Source of the DNA: Ignavibacteriota bacterium
GTDB lineage: Bacteria; Bacteroidota; Ignavibacteria; UBA10030
DNA: 64,000 nt
Assembly: GCA_963701295.1 (NCBI GenBank)
Contig: OY969585.1
Coordinates: 1,056,001-1,120,000 of the forward strand
Reading direction: 5' to 3'
Shown: piece after piece, positions 32,619-41,527 of the stretch
How positions within the stretch are numbered: position 1 is the first letter of the stretch
Layout of the letters: the number at the start of each line of letters is the position of its first letter
Made by a program: the position numbers and the translations under genes
Notes under the pieces: generated by a model
Told to the model about the DNA's origin: nothing
The model's database searches: none
What the model saw: only the letters and a program-made list of their open reading frames with translations

Positions 32619-33818
32619 TTATCGTTTTACGAGTTTAACAAATTTTTCATCGGAAATTCGAACAGAACCATTTTCAGTAATAAGATCACCTGTTTCAAGC
32701 AACTTTTTAATAGCTTCATTGTACTCACTTTTTGTAAACCGAGCAAATTGAGACTCAATAAATCGCTTTCGAAGTTCTGGCCTCTTCATCTGAATACTAT
32801 AAGGATTATCTTCAGACTTGCATCGCTCATTTGCTATTCGAAATGCCTCTTGCAACATAAGTTGAGGTAAAGCCTCAATATCAGGTTGCATGCCACTATA
32901 AAGAAATTCAGATGGTTCATTGTTCTCAAACAATGTGTCTACATTCTTGCATCTGATTTCTTCAAGCATTAATTCTCTCTTTGCTTTAATCATGACATCG
33001 TTCATTATTTCTATTGCAATTTGACTTTGAGAAGCAAAAATCAGAAAATATTTTACTTCTTCCCCCTTTAACCCAGTAGTCACAGGAAGAACACCTAACC
33101 ATTGAAAGATTTCTCGAAAAGATTCCAGATATTTTGATTGAATAATTTGTGGTTTATCATCGTCTGGAATTGATTCTGAATTCATAATATCTAACCACCA
33201 ATTTCCACCTAATGAATCTGTTACAATAGATGTAATTGTTTCAGCCTGTTTACGTAATGTGTCATTTTTAGAATGTAAGTTTTTACAAATTCCTGTAAGT
33301 CTTGGTATAGCTCGGTGGTTAAAATTGATCAGAAGTTCTGTACTTCCTTTCTTTGCCCGTTGAAACACTTGTAATAGCAGCCTCATCGATAATCCTTTTA
33401 TTCCAAAAGGATCTAAGAACATAAATAGAGGTATTTGCTGAGGCAAATTTTTTAATAGAAACAGTCCAACATCTGCAGCTTCACCCGGTATAACATTGAC
33501 TATTCCTTGATCAATAAATTCATGAAGATTGTTCTTCAATTGTTCTCGATCTTCATCATTAATCTCCGCTAAAACAACACGATTATTAAAGCCTAGCTTC
33601 TGTCGATAAATACGTGCAAGATTGGCGATGATCATTGGAGAACCATCGGAACCATCGTCGAACTTCCCCTTGCCGGCAAATAAGTCAGCAACTATTGCTG
33701 GAGATCTATATTTTTGATTAACTTTTGGAAAATATTCTAAGAGGTAGTTTTTAAGAATCTTGTACTTTATGAGAGACCAAGAACGCGGCCGTTCAAAAAA
33801 AGAGTCTGATGTAATCAT
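32619..33818 (-). CDS. tcmP: Three-Cys-motif partner protein (TcmP; SAM-MTase fold, possible C-terminal wHTH)
   Basis: WS..K..IL..Y, DLFAGKG...GSP, FLDPFG, TELLINF, Y.LIFAS; 5 nt from DUF5131; visibly AT-rich. Confidence 0.82.
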   Translation of the reverse strand: MITSDSFFERPRSWSLIKYKILKNYLLEYFPKVNQKYRSPAIVADLFAGKGKFDDGSDGSPMIIANLARIYRQKLGFNNRVVLAEINDEDREQLKNNLHEFIDQGIVNVIPGEAADVGLFLLKNLPQQIPLFMFLDPFGIKGLSMRLLLQVFQRAKKGSTELLINFNHRAIPRLTGICKNLHSKNDTLRKQAETITSIVTDSLGGNWWLDIMNSESIPDDDKPQIIQSKYLESFREIFQWLGVLPVTTGLKGEEVKYFLIFASQSQIAIEIMNDVMIKAKRELMLEEIRCKNVDTLFENNEPSEFLYSGMQPDIEALPQLMLQEAFRIANERCKSEDNPYSIQMKRPELRKRFIESQFARFTKSEYNEAIKKLLETGDLITENGSVRISDEKFVKLVKR

Positions 33819-33889
33819 ATTGGCGTAATAAATATTACAACTAATTTAATTCATTCTCTATTCATATCCGATCTTTCTATGTTCTCACA

Positions 33890-33925
33890 TACATTTTTAA
33901 CCATCATTATCACACGCCACATGAA
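33890..33925 (-). pseudogene. Diverged relic of the 3' end of the S24 repressor gene
   Basis: Encodes FMWRVIMMVKNV versus repressor end FMWRVIKVIKSV (34408-34373); 27/36 nt identical. Confidence 0.7.
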
Positions 33926-33941
33926 GCTTCTATAATGTCCA

Positions 33942-34373
33942 TCATCCTGGTCGTTTCTTCTTCCCGCAATCAATACAATATCCTTTATGAACACAAATTG
34001 TACCTCCACATTGAGAGCAAGTCCATTTTACATCTTCATTCTTTAAAAATTTTCTAATACCGAGATTTTTAATATTTTCAAGATTTTCAATCATGCTCAT
34101 ATCGTATTTGGTTCGGTATCTTGTATCCAGATGCTTCAAATTGTCGCAGGGGAAATTACTGCATTCAAAACAAAATTTTGCTCTTCCGGTTCGAAAATTT
34201 GTGCAGTTCTTGATTTTACATCGAACACGGGTAACCGGTTTATTCGCGTTCGCTCCTCTGCAGCCGGGACATTTATTTTTCTCTCTCAGATAAGCCATGC
34301 AAATGCCGCAGTTCATTCCGCAAGGAGCTATAAGAGAAAACTTATTCAAGGATTCCATTTTCTCCTTTTTCAC
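33942..34373 (-). CDS. DUF3795 Cys-rich (Fe-S/Zn) protein
   Basis: APCG.NC..C, CPGC, C.IKNC, C.EC..FPC, CSQCG...C..CG; GTGA overlap with the repressor stop. Confidence 0.8.
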   Translation of the reverse strand: MKKEKMESLNKFSLIAPCGMNCGICMAYLREKNKCPGCRGANANKPVTRVRCKIKNCTNFRTGRAKFCFECSNFPCDNLKHLDTRYRTKYDMSMIENLENIKNLGIRKFLKNEDVKWTCSQCGGTICVHKGYCIDCGKKKRPG

Positions 34374-35020
34374 ACACTCTTAATCACTTTTATAACGCGC
34401 CACATGAAAGTCACATCTTTCTTGTGTACCGCCATTGGTTCGTATTCGGGATTGAGTGGAATCAAGTGTACAAATTGTTCGTCAATTTTTATCCGTTTTA
34501 CAGTATCCTCTTCATCCACGCGCACCACGCAGATGTCGCCGCTTCGCACTTCTAATTTTGGCGTTACCACAATGATGTCGCCGTTCTCGATGCGGGGCGC
34601 CATGCTGTTTCCCTTTACTTCGAGTGCGAACGCATTTGGGTCGCGCACATTGTCCACCGTGATGTATCGCTCTGCCTGATCGGAATGAAACCGCTGGCTC
34701 AATGCACCGGCCGGCACCGATGCAAGCAAGGGAAGCGAAACGAGTTCTACTTTTTTATAACGGTTTGTTGGCAATGGTATGACCTTGGATTTGTGCTGTT
34801 CAGCAGGAACCATCTCTCCTTCACCGCTCAGCAGCCAATGAGCCGCGACTCCGGTCGCTTTGGCAATGCGCATGAGATAATTACTGTCGGGCACCTGATC
34901 GCCTTTTTCCCATCGCTGAACAGTGCGTGTAGCAATATCGATCTTTGCGGCAAGATCAGCCTGGTCAAATTGTTTTAACAACCGCGCTTCGCGGATACGT
35001 TGTGCAATTGTAGGTTTCAT
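34370..35020 (-). CDS. XRE-HTH plus S24 peptidase self-cleaving repressor (LexA/CI-like)
   Basis: RIREAR...DQADLA..I.IATRTVQRWEKG..VP HTH; Ala-Gly cleavage site VPAG; catalytic Ser GNSM and Lys TVKR; GGAGA SD 6 nt before ATG 35020. Confidence 0.92.
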   Translation of the reverse strand: MKPTIAQRIREARLLKQFDQADLAAKIDIATRTVQRWEKGDQVPDSNYLMRIAKATGVAAHWLLSGEGEMVPAEQHKSKVIPLPTNRYKKVELVSLPLLASVPAGALSQRFHSDQAERYITVDNVRDPNAFALEVKGNSMAPRIENGDIIVVTPKLEVRSGDICVVRVDEEDTVKRIKIDEQFVHLIPLNPEYEPMAVHKKDVTFMWRVIKVIKSV

Positions 35021-35033
35021 AAGCATTCTCCAA

Positions 35034-35049
35034 ACGACATAAATGTCAT
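35034..35049. promoter_or_regulatory. Putative repressor operator 1 (ACGACA-TAAA-TGTCAT)
   Basis: Near-perfect 6-4-6 palindrome over the predicted transcription start of the repressor gene. Confidence 0.75.
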
Positions 35050-35053
35050 AACC

Positions 35054-35083
35054 AAAATAATGCTTTTTATCCCATATTGTCAA
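35054..35083 (-). promoter_or_regulatory. Sigma70-type promoter for the repressor operon
   Basis: TTGACA (35083-35078), 18 nt spacer, TATTTT (35059-35054). Confidence 0.55.
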
Positions 35084-35134
35084 TAGCTTTATAATAGAGC
35101 AGAAAACAACAGCGGGCTGTGCTGGAATCACTTC

Positions 35135-35163
35135 TTGACAAGACGACAAAAATGTCGTATTGT
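35135..35163 (+). promoter_or_regulatory. Sigma70-type promoter of the iRadA-PolB operon with operator 2 in its spacer
   Basis: TTGACA (35135-35140), 17 nt spacer, TATTGT (35158-35163); perfect palindrome ACGACA-AAAA-TGTCGT at 35143-35158. Confidence 0.8.
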
Positions 35164-35174
35164 CTTATAAATAC

Positions 35175-35966
35175 ATGAGCAAGATAATCAACATAATACC
35201 CGCTGCGCGCCAACGCCGGTACCCCGCTCCGCCGCCAACCGTGGACCTGCATGATAGTGCGATTCCCATTCGCTCTGAACGGATGATTCATGCCTTTGCA
35301 AACAAACCGGGCAAGGTATTTCTGTTGTACGGCGAGCGGGCTATTTTTCAGTTGTCGCTTCAGATGGCCGCGCATACGATGGTTCAGGGAAATCCTATTG
35401 CCGTTGTAGACGGCTGCAACCGTTTCGATGTGCACGCGCTTTCACGATTTGCCCGCGTGCGGAAAATCGATCCGAACAAATTTCTCAATCATATTTTTAT
35501 CTCGCGCGGCTTCACGTGTTATCAAATGGAACAGGCAATTGCGCACAAACTGCCGGCGTTTCTTGCAACCATCCATTCGAACACTGCACTGGTTTTTGGA
35601 CTGCTTGATACCTTCTACGACGAACAAGCATCTCTGCGTGAGGTGCAGCAGATTCTTCAGAGACTGCTCGGCTCGTTTCAAGAAATGAAATCGAAAGGAG
35701 TCTCGCTCTTGCTGGTGTGTTTAGAAAGGACCGTCGCGCCGCAGGAACGCAATCAGTTGTTTACGACATTAAAGAATGGCGTCGACCGTGTGTACAAACT
35801 CGATATCAATGAACGCGGTACACTTCAGCTCTATTTAGAATCTCAACAGCCTGTGCACGAACAAATAAAAGGAGCATTGAATTATGGGACGAACCGTACC
35901 CACCTTCACCAACCTGATCGATGCGGAACTGGCAAGCTGGTCAAAATTCCGCCGCGGACTGCGTAA
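35175..35966 (+). CDS. Inactivated RecA/RadA-superfamily protein (ImuA-analogous iRadA)
   Basis: Walker A degenerate (LYGERAIF, no GKT); VVDGCNRFD, IFISRGFTCYQM, LLDTFYDE segments typical of RadA-like folds. Confidence 0.75.
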   Translation: MSKIINIIPAARQRRYPAPPPTVDLHDSAIPIRSERMIHAFANKPGKVFLLYGERAIFQLSLQMAAHTMVQGNPIAVVDGCNRFDVHALSRFARVRKIDPNKFLNHIFISRGFTCYQMEQAIAHKLPAFLATIHSNTALVFGLLDTFYDEQASLREVQQILQRLLGSFQEMKSKGVSLLLVCLERTVAPQERNQLFTTLKNGVDRVYKLDINERGTLQLYLESQQPVHEQIKGALNYGTNRTHLHQPDRCGTGKLVKIPPRTA

Positions 35967-36138
35967 AGACGATCAGGAAGTTTTCGACGAAATTTTCCGC
36001 GCCGCAAAACTGCACCTGGCAGAAAATTTTTATGCGATGCGGGCTGTTCCGTTCGAAAGCATGATGATGTCGATTGTCGTGGAACAGCAGAAAGCGATTC
36101 GAAGATTGGAAGAAGAAGGAAAGAAAATAAGAAGTTGA
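35884..36138 (+). CDS. Small helical PolB2-associated protein (arCOG07300-like)
   Basis: MGRTVPTF...W.KFRRGLRK.DQ..FD.IF..A..H...PFE.MMMSI; AAAGGAG SD upstream; lies between iRadA and PolB. Confidence 0.75.
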   Translation: MGRTVPTFTNLIDAELASWSKFRRGLRKDDQEVFDEIFRAAKLHLAENFYAMRAVPFESMMMSIVVEQQKAIRRLEEEGKKIRS

Positions 36139-36250
36139 GTAGATGAGTCTATGAGCAATTTAGCCAATGAGCCGTTGAGCCTATAAGTAGTTGAGCATGA
36201 AAAAAATCAGTTTTCAATCTGAAATCTCCAATCTAAAATCTCCAATCTCT
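36135..36250 (+). repeat. Eight degenerate octamers (WTGAGY..) followed by five AATCT.. heptamers
   Basis: 36135-36198 TTGAGTAG ATGAGTCT ATGAGCAA TTTAGCCA ATGAGCCG TTGAGCCT ATAAGTAG TTGAGCAT; 36216-36250 AATCTGA AATCTCC AATCTAA AATCTCC AATCTCT. Confidence 0.75.
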
Positions 36251-38530
36251 GCCTGGCTGTTCGATGTGTATCCGTCTGAACGCGGCGTCACACTCTGGTT
36301 TATCGGCCGGAACGGTGTACGGCTGCGCTGTTTCCGCACTTTTACGCCGTCATTCTTTCTTCATTTGAATAATTCCGACGCCAAACGTGCGGCGGTTCTT
36401 GCCGACCGGTGCCCTGTTCCGATTTCGCTTTCTCCTACGATGCGCACGGAAATTTACTCCGGCGATTCCATCAATGTGCTGCAAGTCTTTGTTCATGATC
36501 CGATGCGGTTCAAGGAAGTTGTATGGTACTTCGAGAAATTTTTTCCACATTTTGCATTTTTCAATTCTGATGTTTCCGTAGAACAGCAATTTCTGTATGA
36601 AACGCAGTTGTTTCCGCTGGCACTTGGCGAGTATGAGGTCGGTAAGGAAGGTGAACTTCTCTCCTGGCATCTCAATGACAACCGTGAAGCGCCGGAATAT
36701 GAACTGCCGCCGTTTTCCATTATGCAGCTTCGCAACAGCAATGATTTCGTGCCGCCGAAGTACCAGAAGTTTCTGCAGTTAGAGATCAGTTACGAAAACC
36801 GTACGTATGCTTTAGAACAGGATTCACCGCGCGAACTGCTCGAAGCGTTCAACTGGCATCTTCATCATTATGATCCCGACTTGCTTGTTACCGATTACGG
36901 CGATGCGGTTCTTCTTCCGAAGATCCTACAGCTTTCCAAACAGTTCAACATTCCTTTGCTTCTCAATCGAGACGCCGAGGCACAGCACCGCACGACGAAG
37001 GAATCAAGTTTCTTTCAGTACGGAAAAATTGTCCACAAAGATGGTGCATTCACGCTCGCGGGGCGCTGGCATGTCGATGCGAACAATTCTTTTACCGTGA
37101 GCGAAGCTGATCTCGACGGATTATTTGAGATGACGCGTCTGACACAAATGTGCGGACAGCGGCAAGGACGCGCGAGCATCGGCACGTCAATGTCATCGAT
37201 GCAGCTTTCGTGGGCGTACCGCAATAATGTGCTTATTCCGTCGAAGAAACGTGAACCGGAGGAGTTCAAGTCAGCCGCAACACTGCTGCTTGCCGACCGC
37301 GGCGGACTTATTTTTAATCCTCCGCTTGGGTACCACGAAGATGTTGCGGAACTCGATTTCGTCTCGATGTACCCAAGCATTATGGTGAACAACAATGTCT
37401 CGCCGGAGACGGTGAACTGCCGATGCTGCCATAATGAAACAGTGCCAGAACTTGGATATACGATCTGCGAGAAGCGTAAAGGTGTGGTTCCGGAAACACT
37501 TCGCGCTGTTGTCGCCAAACGTGCGTATTACAAACGGATGAAAAAAAAATTCAAGGGAAAAGATGAAGTGCTTTTTAAGCGGTACGATTGCCGGCAAAGT
37601 GCGCTCAAGTGGATGCTGGTAAGCTGCTTCGGCTATCTTGGCTACAAGAACGCCCGCTTCGGACGCATCGAGGCACACGAATCGGTCAATGCCTTTTCGC
37701 GGGATGCCATTCTCACTGCAAAAGAAATTGCCGAGAGCCGCGGCTACAAGCTTCTCCATGCTATTATCGATTGTGTGTGGCTGAAAAAGCCCGGCGCGAC
37801 ACAGGACGATTACGAAGAACTTGCACATGAAATTTCCACACGTGTCGGTATCGATATTTCGCTGGAAGGCATGTACAACTGGATTCTTTTTCCCTCATCC
37901 AAAACAGATCCGCAGATTACTACCGCAAATCACTATGTGGGATGGTACCGGCATGGTGACATCAAAATGCGCGGTATCGAGGCGCGGCGGCGCGATACGC
38001 CGAAATTTATTAAAAACATGCAGAAAGCAATGCTGGATAAAATGTCCGCCGCAAAGAATGTCGAGGAAGTATCGACACTCGTGCCGGAAGTATTGGAGAT
38101 CGCACGGGGCTTCATGGTACTCCTCCAAAGTGGACGTGCAAACCCGATGGAGCTTGTTCTCAAGCGCCACATCACGCGCGAGGCCGATGAATATCTTAAT
38201 AACAGCATCAATGCGGTTGTTTCCAAGATGGTAGAAGAAATGGGAGTACACCTCTCGGCAGGCGAGTCGATCGAGTTCATTATTCTCGATCAATCTGGCA
38301 AGAAAAAGCCCGAAAGAGCTAAACCTCTTGCTCTCTATGCTTTCGAGGACGGCTACGATATTGAGCAGTATACCGAGCTTGCTTTACGGGCTGTGGAAAC
38401 GCTTCTCCTTCCCTTTGGCTACGATGTACAACAGTTGAAAACGCATTTTAGAATCGGTATGCCAAAACAAAAGCGTCTGCAGGTACCCCAAAAAAGTCAG
38501 GAACTTCCATTGTTCCAAATCCAGATCTAA
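36197..38530 (+). CDS. Family B DNA polymerase, PolB2/Dpo2-like, exonuclease-degenerate
   Basis: Motif A DFVSMYPS; motif B RQSALKWMLVSCFGY; motif C HAIIDC instead of YGDTDS; CRCC..C insert; KMRGIE.RRRD; no recognisable ExoI DxE; C-terminal QELPLF. Confidence 0.9.
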   Translation: MKKISFQSEISNLKSPISAWLFDVYPSERGVTLWFIGRNGVRLRCFRTFTPSFFLHLNNSDAKRAAVLADRCPVPISLSPTMRTEIYSGDSINVLQVFVHDPMRFKEVVWYFEKFFPHFAFFNSDVSVEQQFLYETQLFPLALGEYEVGKEGELLSWHLNDNREAPEYELPPFSIMQLRNSNDFVPPKYQKFLQLEISYENRTYALEQDSPRELLEAFNWHLHHYDPDLLVTDYGDAVLLPKILQLSKQFNIPLLLNRDAEAQHRTTKESSFFQYGKIVHKDGAFTLAGRWHVDANNSFTVSEADLDGLFEMTRLTQMCGQRQGRASIGTSMSSMQLSWAYRNNVLIPSKKREPEEFKSAATLLLADRGGLIFNPPLGYHEDVAELDFVSMYPSIMVNNNVSPETVNCRCCHNETVPELGYTICEKRKGVVPETLRAVVAKRAYYKRMKKKFKGKDEVLFKRYDCRQSALKWMLVSCFGYLGYKNARFGRIEAHESVNAFSRDAILTAKEIAESRGYKLLHAIIDCVWLKKPGATQDDYEELAHEISTRVGIDISLEGMYNWILFPSSKTDPQITTANHYVGWYRHGDIKMRGIEARRRDTPKFIKNMQKAMLDKMSAAKNVEEVSTLVPEVLEIARGFMVLLQSGRANPMELVLKRHITREADEYLNNSINAVVSKMVEEMGVHLSAGESIEFIILDQSGKKKPERAKPLALYAFEDGYDIEQYTELALRAVETLLLPFGYDVQQLKTHFRIGMPKQKRLQVPQKSQELPLFQIQI

Positions 38531-38689
38531 TTTCGAGAAGACAATCTATTTCTCTGAGATGATTATACAAAACAAGATTTGAATTTCAGGTGATCTCAGA
38601 TTATCTTCCAGAACAACAAATTATGCAACTTTAACACTTCACATGCCGTCATGTTGCATAATGCTATTTCAAGAACACAAGGTGAATCC

Positions 38690-40359
38690 ATGAAGAACGC
38701 AATGATATTTCTTTTCGCAATAATGCTGTTCGTACCGTTTCTTTTCACAGACGCTCAATCGAACCGAGAGAACCTCAACAATGATAATGTAGGTGAACGT
38801 CTTGGAAACGAAATTGAACAACTTGTTGACAAAATAACACAACGGTGGAGCATCCAAAATGACTTCGAGCAGGATGTGAAAAAGGACACTCTTCCGCCAC
38901 AATCCCGAAGATCACCCGATATTATCGACAGTGAAACTGACGGAAATGCACAAACATTTTCCGGCGATAAAATCGTTCAAGAGTCAGATACGATTAACGG
39001 CAATATCATTGTCAAAGGCGGAAATCTGACAGTCTATGGCGTAGTCAATGGCGACGTGCTGGTGGTCGGCGGTGATTTGCGTTTAAAACGCACCGGCAAG
39101 ATCACCGGTAATCCACGTGTTGTTGATGGAAGCATTCTGAAAGACGAAGGCTCGGTTATCGAAGGATCTGAAGAGAAAACAAGTTATCGTGAAACGCGCA
39201 AAAAGTTTTCACAATCAAGCCGAACATTTGATGTCTTATGGCGAACTGAGCAGACGAACTGGGATAATTATATTTTCCGATATAACCGCGTGGAAAGTAT
39301 TTTTCTCGGCCTCGGGACGGAAAAAAAATATTATTGGGATGGTGAAAAAGTTTGGAATGCATACGGTTCCATCGGTTGGGGATTTAAATCGCATACGTGG
39401 CGTAGCAATTTGGGATTAGTGCGGCAGTTTGCCCTTGTTTCCGATGAAGGATCTGGAATTATTGAACTTGGAGCAGAAGGATATACTCTCACCGATACGA
39501 AAGACCAATGGATTATTTCGCAAAACGAAAACACAGCATCAGCCTTACTGATTCATGAAGATTTTCGTAATTACTTTGAGCGCAAGGGTCTCACAATCCA
39601 TACAGCGTACTATTTGAAACATGACTATTGGAAGGGTGAATTGACACTGGCATATCTGGCGGATTCTTACGATTCTCTAACAAACAAAGTCGATTGGGCG
39701 TTATTTGGCGGTAGTAAAAAGTTTCGTGCAAATCCTGCCATTGACCCGGGCAAGATGCGCAGTGTGATGCTGAGTGGTGGCATCAGGTACCTGTGACCAA
39801 GACAAGCCGAGCACAAGAAGGATGGTGTTTGTTTGGTTCCGCCGAGTTTGCTAAAAAAAACTGGGGAAGCGAATTTGAATTCTATCAATATATGTTCGAT
39901 TTACGACGTTTCCAACCGTTGGGACGATATGAGAATTTTAACGTGCGTGTACGCGTAGGTACTGCAACCGGTGCGCTCCCGCTGCAGAAAGAGTACGAGT
40001 TAGGCGGATTGGGAACGATGAATGCATTTCCTTTCAAGTCGGACATTGGCAACCGGATGATGCTTGTGAATATGGAATTCATTTTGAACGGCAATGTTCT
40101 GGACGATTTGAATTTTTGGCCGACATGGCTTTTTCAATATGTGAATATCATCCTTACCTCGGATGCCGGATTCACACGTTCTGTTCCTCCGTGTGATGGC
40201 GCGGCCCAGGCATTCGGCGGAATGAAGTTGAATGAATTTCAGCACGACTTTGGCGTGGCATTAGGAAACCGGGCCGGCACCTACAGGATTGGATTTGCAT
40301 GGCGAACAGACCGGCCAGCCCCGGTACAGTTTCTTCTCAGGTTTAGCAGGCCATTCTAA
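38690..40359 (+). pseudogene. Outer-membrane protein (bactofilin-like repeats plus BamA/TamA-like barrel) split by a frameshift near 39785-39793 (possibly a sequencing error)
   Basis: Signal peptide, G.V.GDV.V.GG repeats, RYNRVE; second half DLRRFQP, LGGLGT, C-terminal F; removing 2 nt joins the ORFs as GISTVTKTS. Confidence 0.7.
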
Positions 40360-40434
40360 AAAGATAACCATCCTACAACCTTCTGCAAGAAGCGGAATGG
40401 AGCGAACCATTCAATAGTTATGTGAATTTTTTAC

Positions 40435-40470
40435 TTGCATAATTATCCATATTATTGTATATTCATACAA
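40435..40470 (+). promoter_or_regulatory. Tandem ARG boxes overlapping the argC promoter
   Basis: TTGCAT-AATT-ATCCAT and TTGTAT-ATTC-ATACAA, 20 bp apart; TTGCAT-17nt-TATATT promoter; argR is in the operon. Confidence 0.75.
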
Positions 40471-40510
40471 GTAGCAAGATCAAGAAACTGAAGGGAAAAA
40501 CACTCAAACA

Positions 40511-41527
40511 ATGATTTCCGTTTCTGTGGTTGGCGCGTCAGGATATTCCGGCGCTGAACTTATAAGACTTCTCATGAAGCATCCCGGTGTGCAGATCGAT
40601 AAACTCTTCGCGCATACTTCTGCAGGGAAGAAGCTTGCCGATATCCTTCCTTCATTCGGCAAAACGCTAAATATCATTCTTGAATCGTACTCCGTTGAAT
40701 CTATCGCCAAGAGCGATCTGATTTTTATTGCTCTGCCGTCGGGTGAGGCAATGAATCTTGTTCCGGGCATGCTGTCGGCAGGAAAACGAGTGATCGATCT
40801 CGGCGGCGACTTTCGCTTGCAAGATACTTCACTCTATGAGCAGTATTACAAACGTACGCACTCAGCAAGCACGACGTTGAAACAAGCGGTGTACGGTTTA
40901 CCTGAATGGAATTTTAACCTAATCAAATCAGCTGCTCTCGTTGCGAATCCAGGTTGTTACCCAACAAGCGCCATTCTTCCGCTTGCTCCGTTATTGAAGG
41001 AAAGTATTATTGAACACAAAGGAATTGCTGTGAGTTCGCTTTCCGGTGTCTCCGGTGCTGGAAAAAGCGCGTCTGTCGACATGTCGTTCGCGGAAGTGAA
41101 CGAATCGGTTCGAGCATATAAAGTTGGTGTACATCAGCATTTTCCGGAAATTCGGTCAGTTTTAAAGATCCTATCGGGCGTACCGCCTTCGTTCTCGTTT
41201 GTGCCACACCTTCTTCCGATAACGCGCGGCATCTACACGACCATCTTTGCGACATTGTTGAAACAACTCGACGACCAAGCGATACTTGCCATCTATGAAA
41301 AATATTATAGGAAAGCGCCGTTTGTTCGTTGCGCGGCGTCAGCAATTCCAGAAGTGAAGAATGTTAATTATACAAATTTTATCGATATCGGATTCCGTGT
41401 TAATCAGGAAGACAGACAGATCGTTGTCCTTTCCGCTATCGATAACCTGATCAAAGGTGCGGCGGGACAGGCAATACAAAATATGAATATCATGTTTGGA
41501 TTTGAGGAAACAGAAGGATTGAAGTAA
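40511..41527 (+). CDS. argC: N-acetyl-gamma-glutamyl-phosphate reductase
   Basis: GASGYSG, YGLPE, ANPGCYPT, SGVSGAG, DNLIKGAAGQA. Confidence 0.96.
   Translation: MISVSVVGASGYSGAELIRLLMKHPGVQIDKLFAHTSAGKKLADILPSFGKTLNIILESYSVESIAKSDLIFIALPSGEAMNLVPGMLSAGKRVIDLGGDFRLQDTSLYEQYYKRTHSASTTLKQAVYGLPEWNFNLIKSAALVANPGCYPTSAILPLAPLLKESIIEHKGIAVSSLSGVSGAGKSASVDMSFAEVNESVRAYKVGVHQHFPEIRSVLKILSGVPPSFSFVPHLLPITRGIYTTIFATLLKQLDDQAILAIYEKYYRKAPFVRCAASAIPEVKNVNYTNFIDIGFRVNQEDRQIVVLSAIDNLIKGAAGQAIQNMNIMFGFEETEGLK

Noticed and set aside
35021-35149. 43-aa N-terminal extension of the repressor in the ORF track
   Set aside because: It overlaps promoters and operators; the SD and HTH position support ATG 35020
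36135-36250. Possible CRISPR array
   Set aside because: Units are 7-8 nt with no spacers, and no cas genes are present
31849-38530. Prophage interpretation (CI-like repressor, Gp37/68, polymerase)
   Set aside because: No integrase, structural, terminase or lysis genes, and no att-like repeats bounding the region
38624-38650. ECF-sigma-like promoter TGCAAC-N17-CGTC upstream of the OMP gene
   Set aside because: Single short match with no cognate sigma factor in the window
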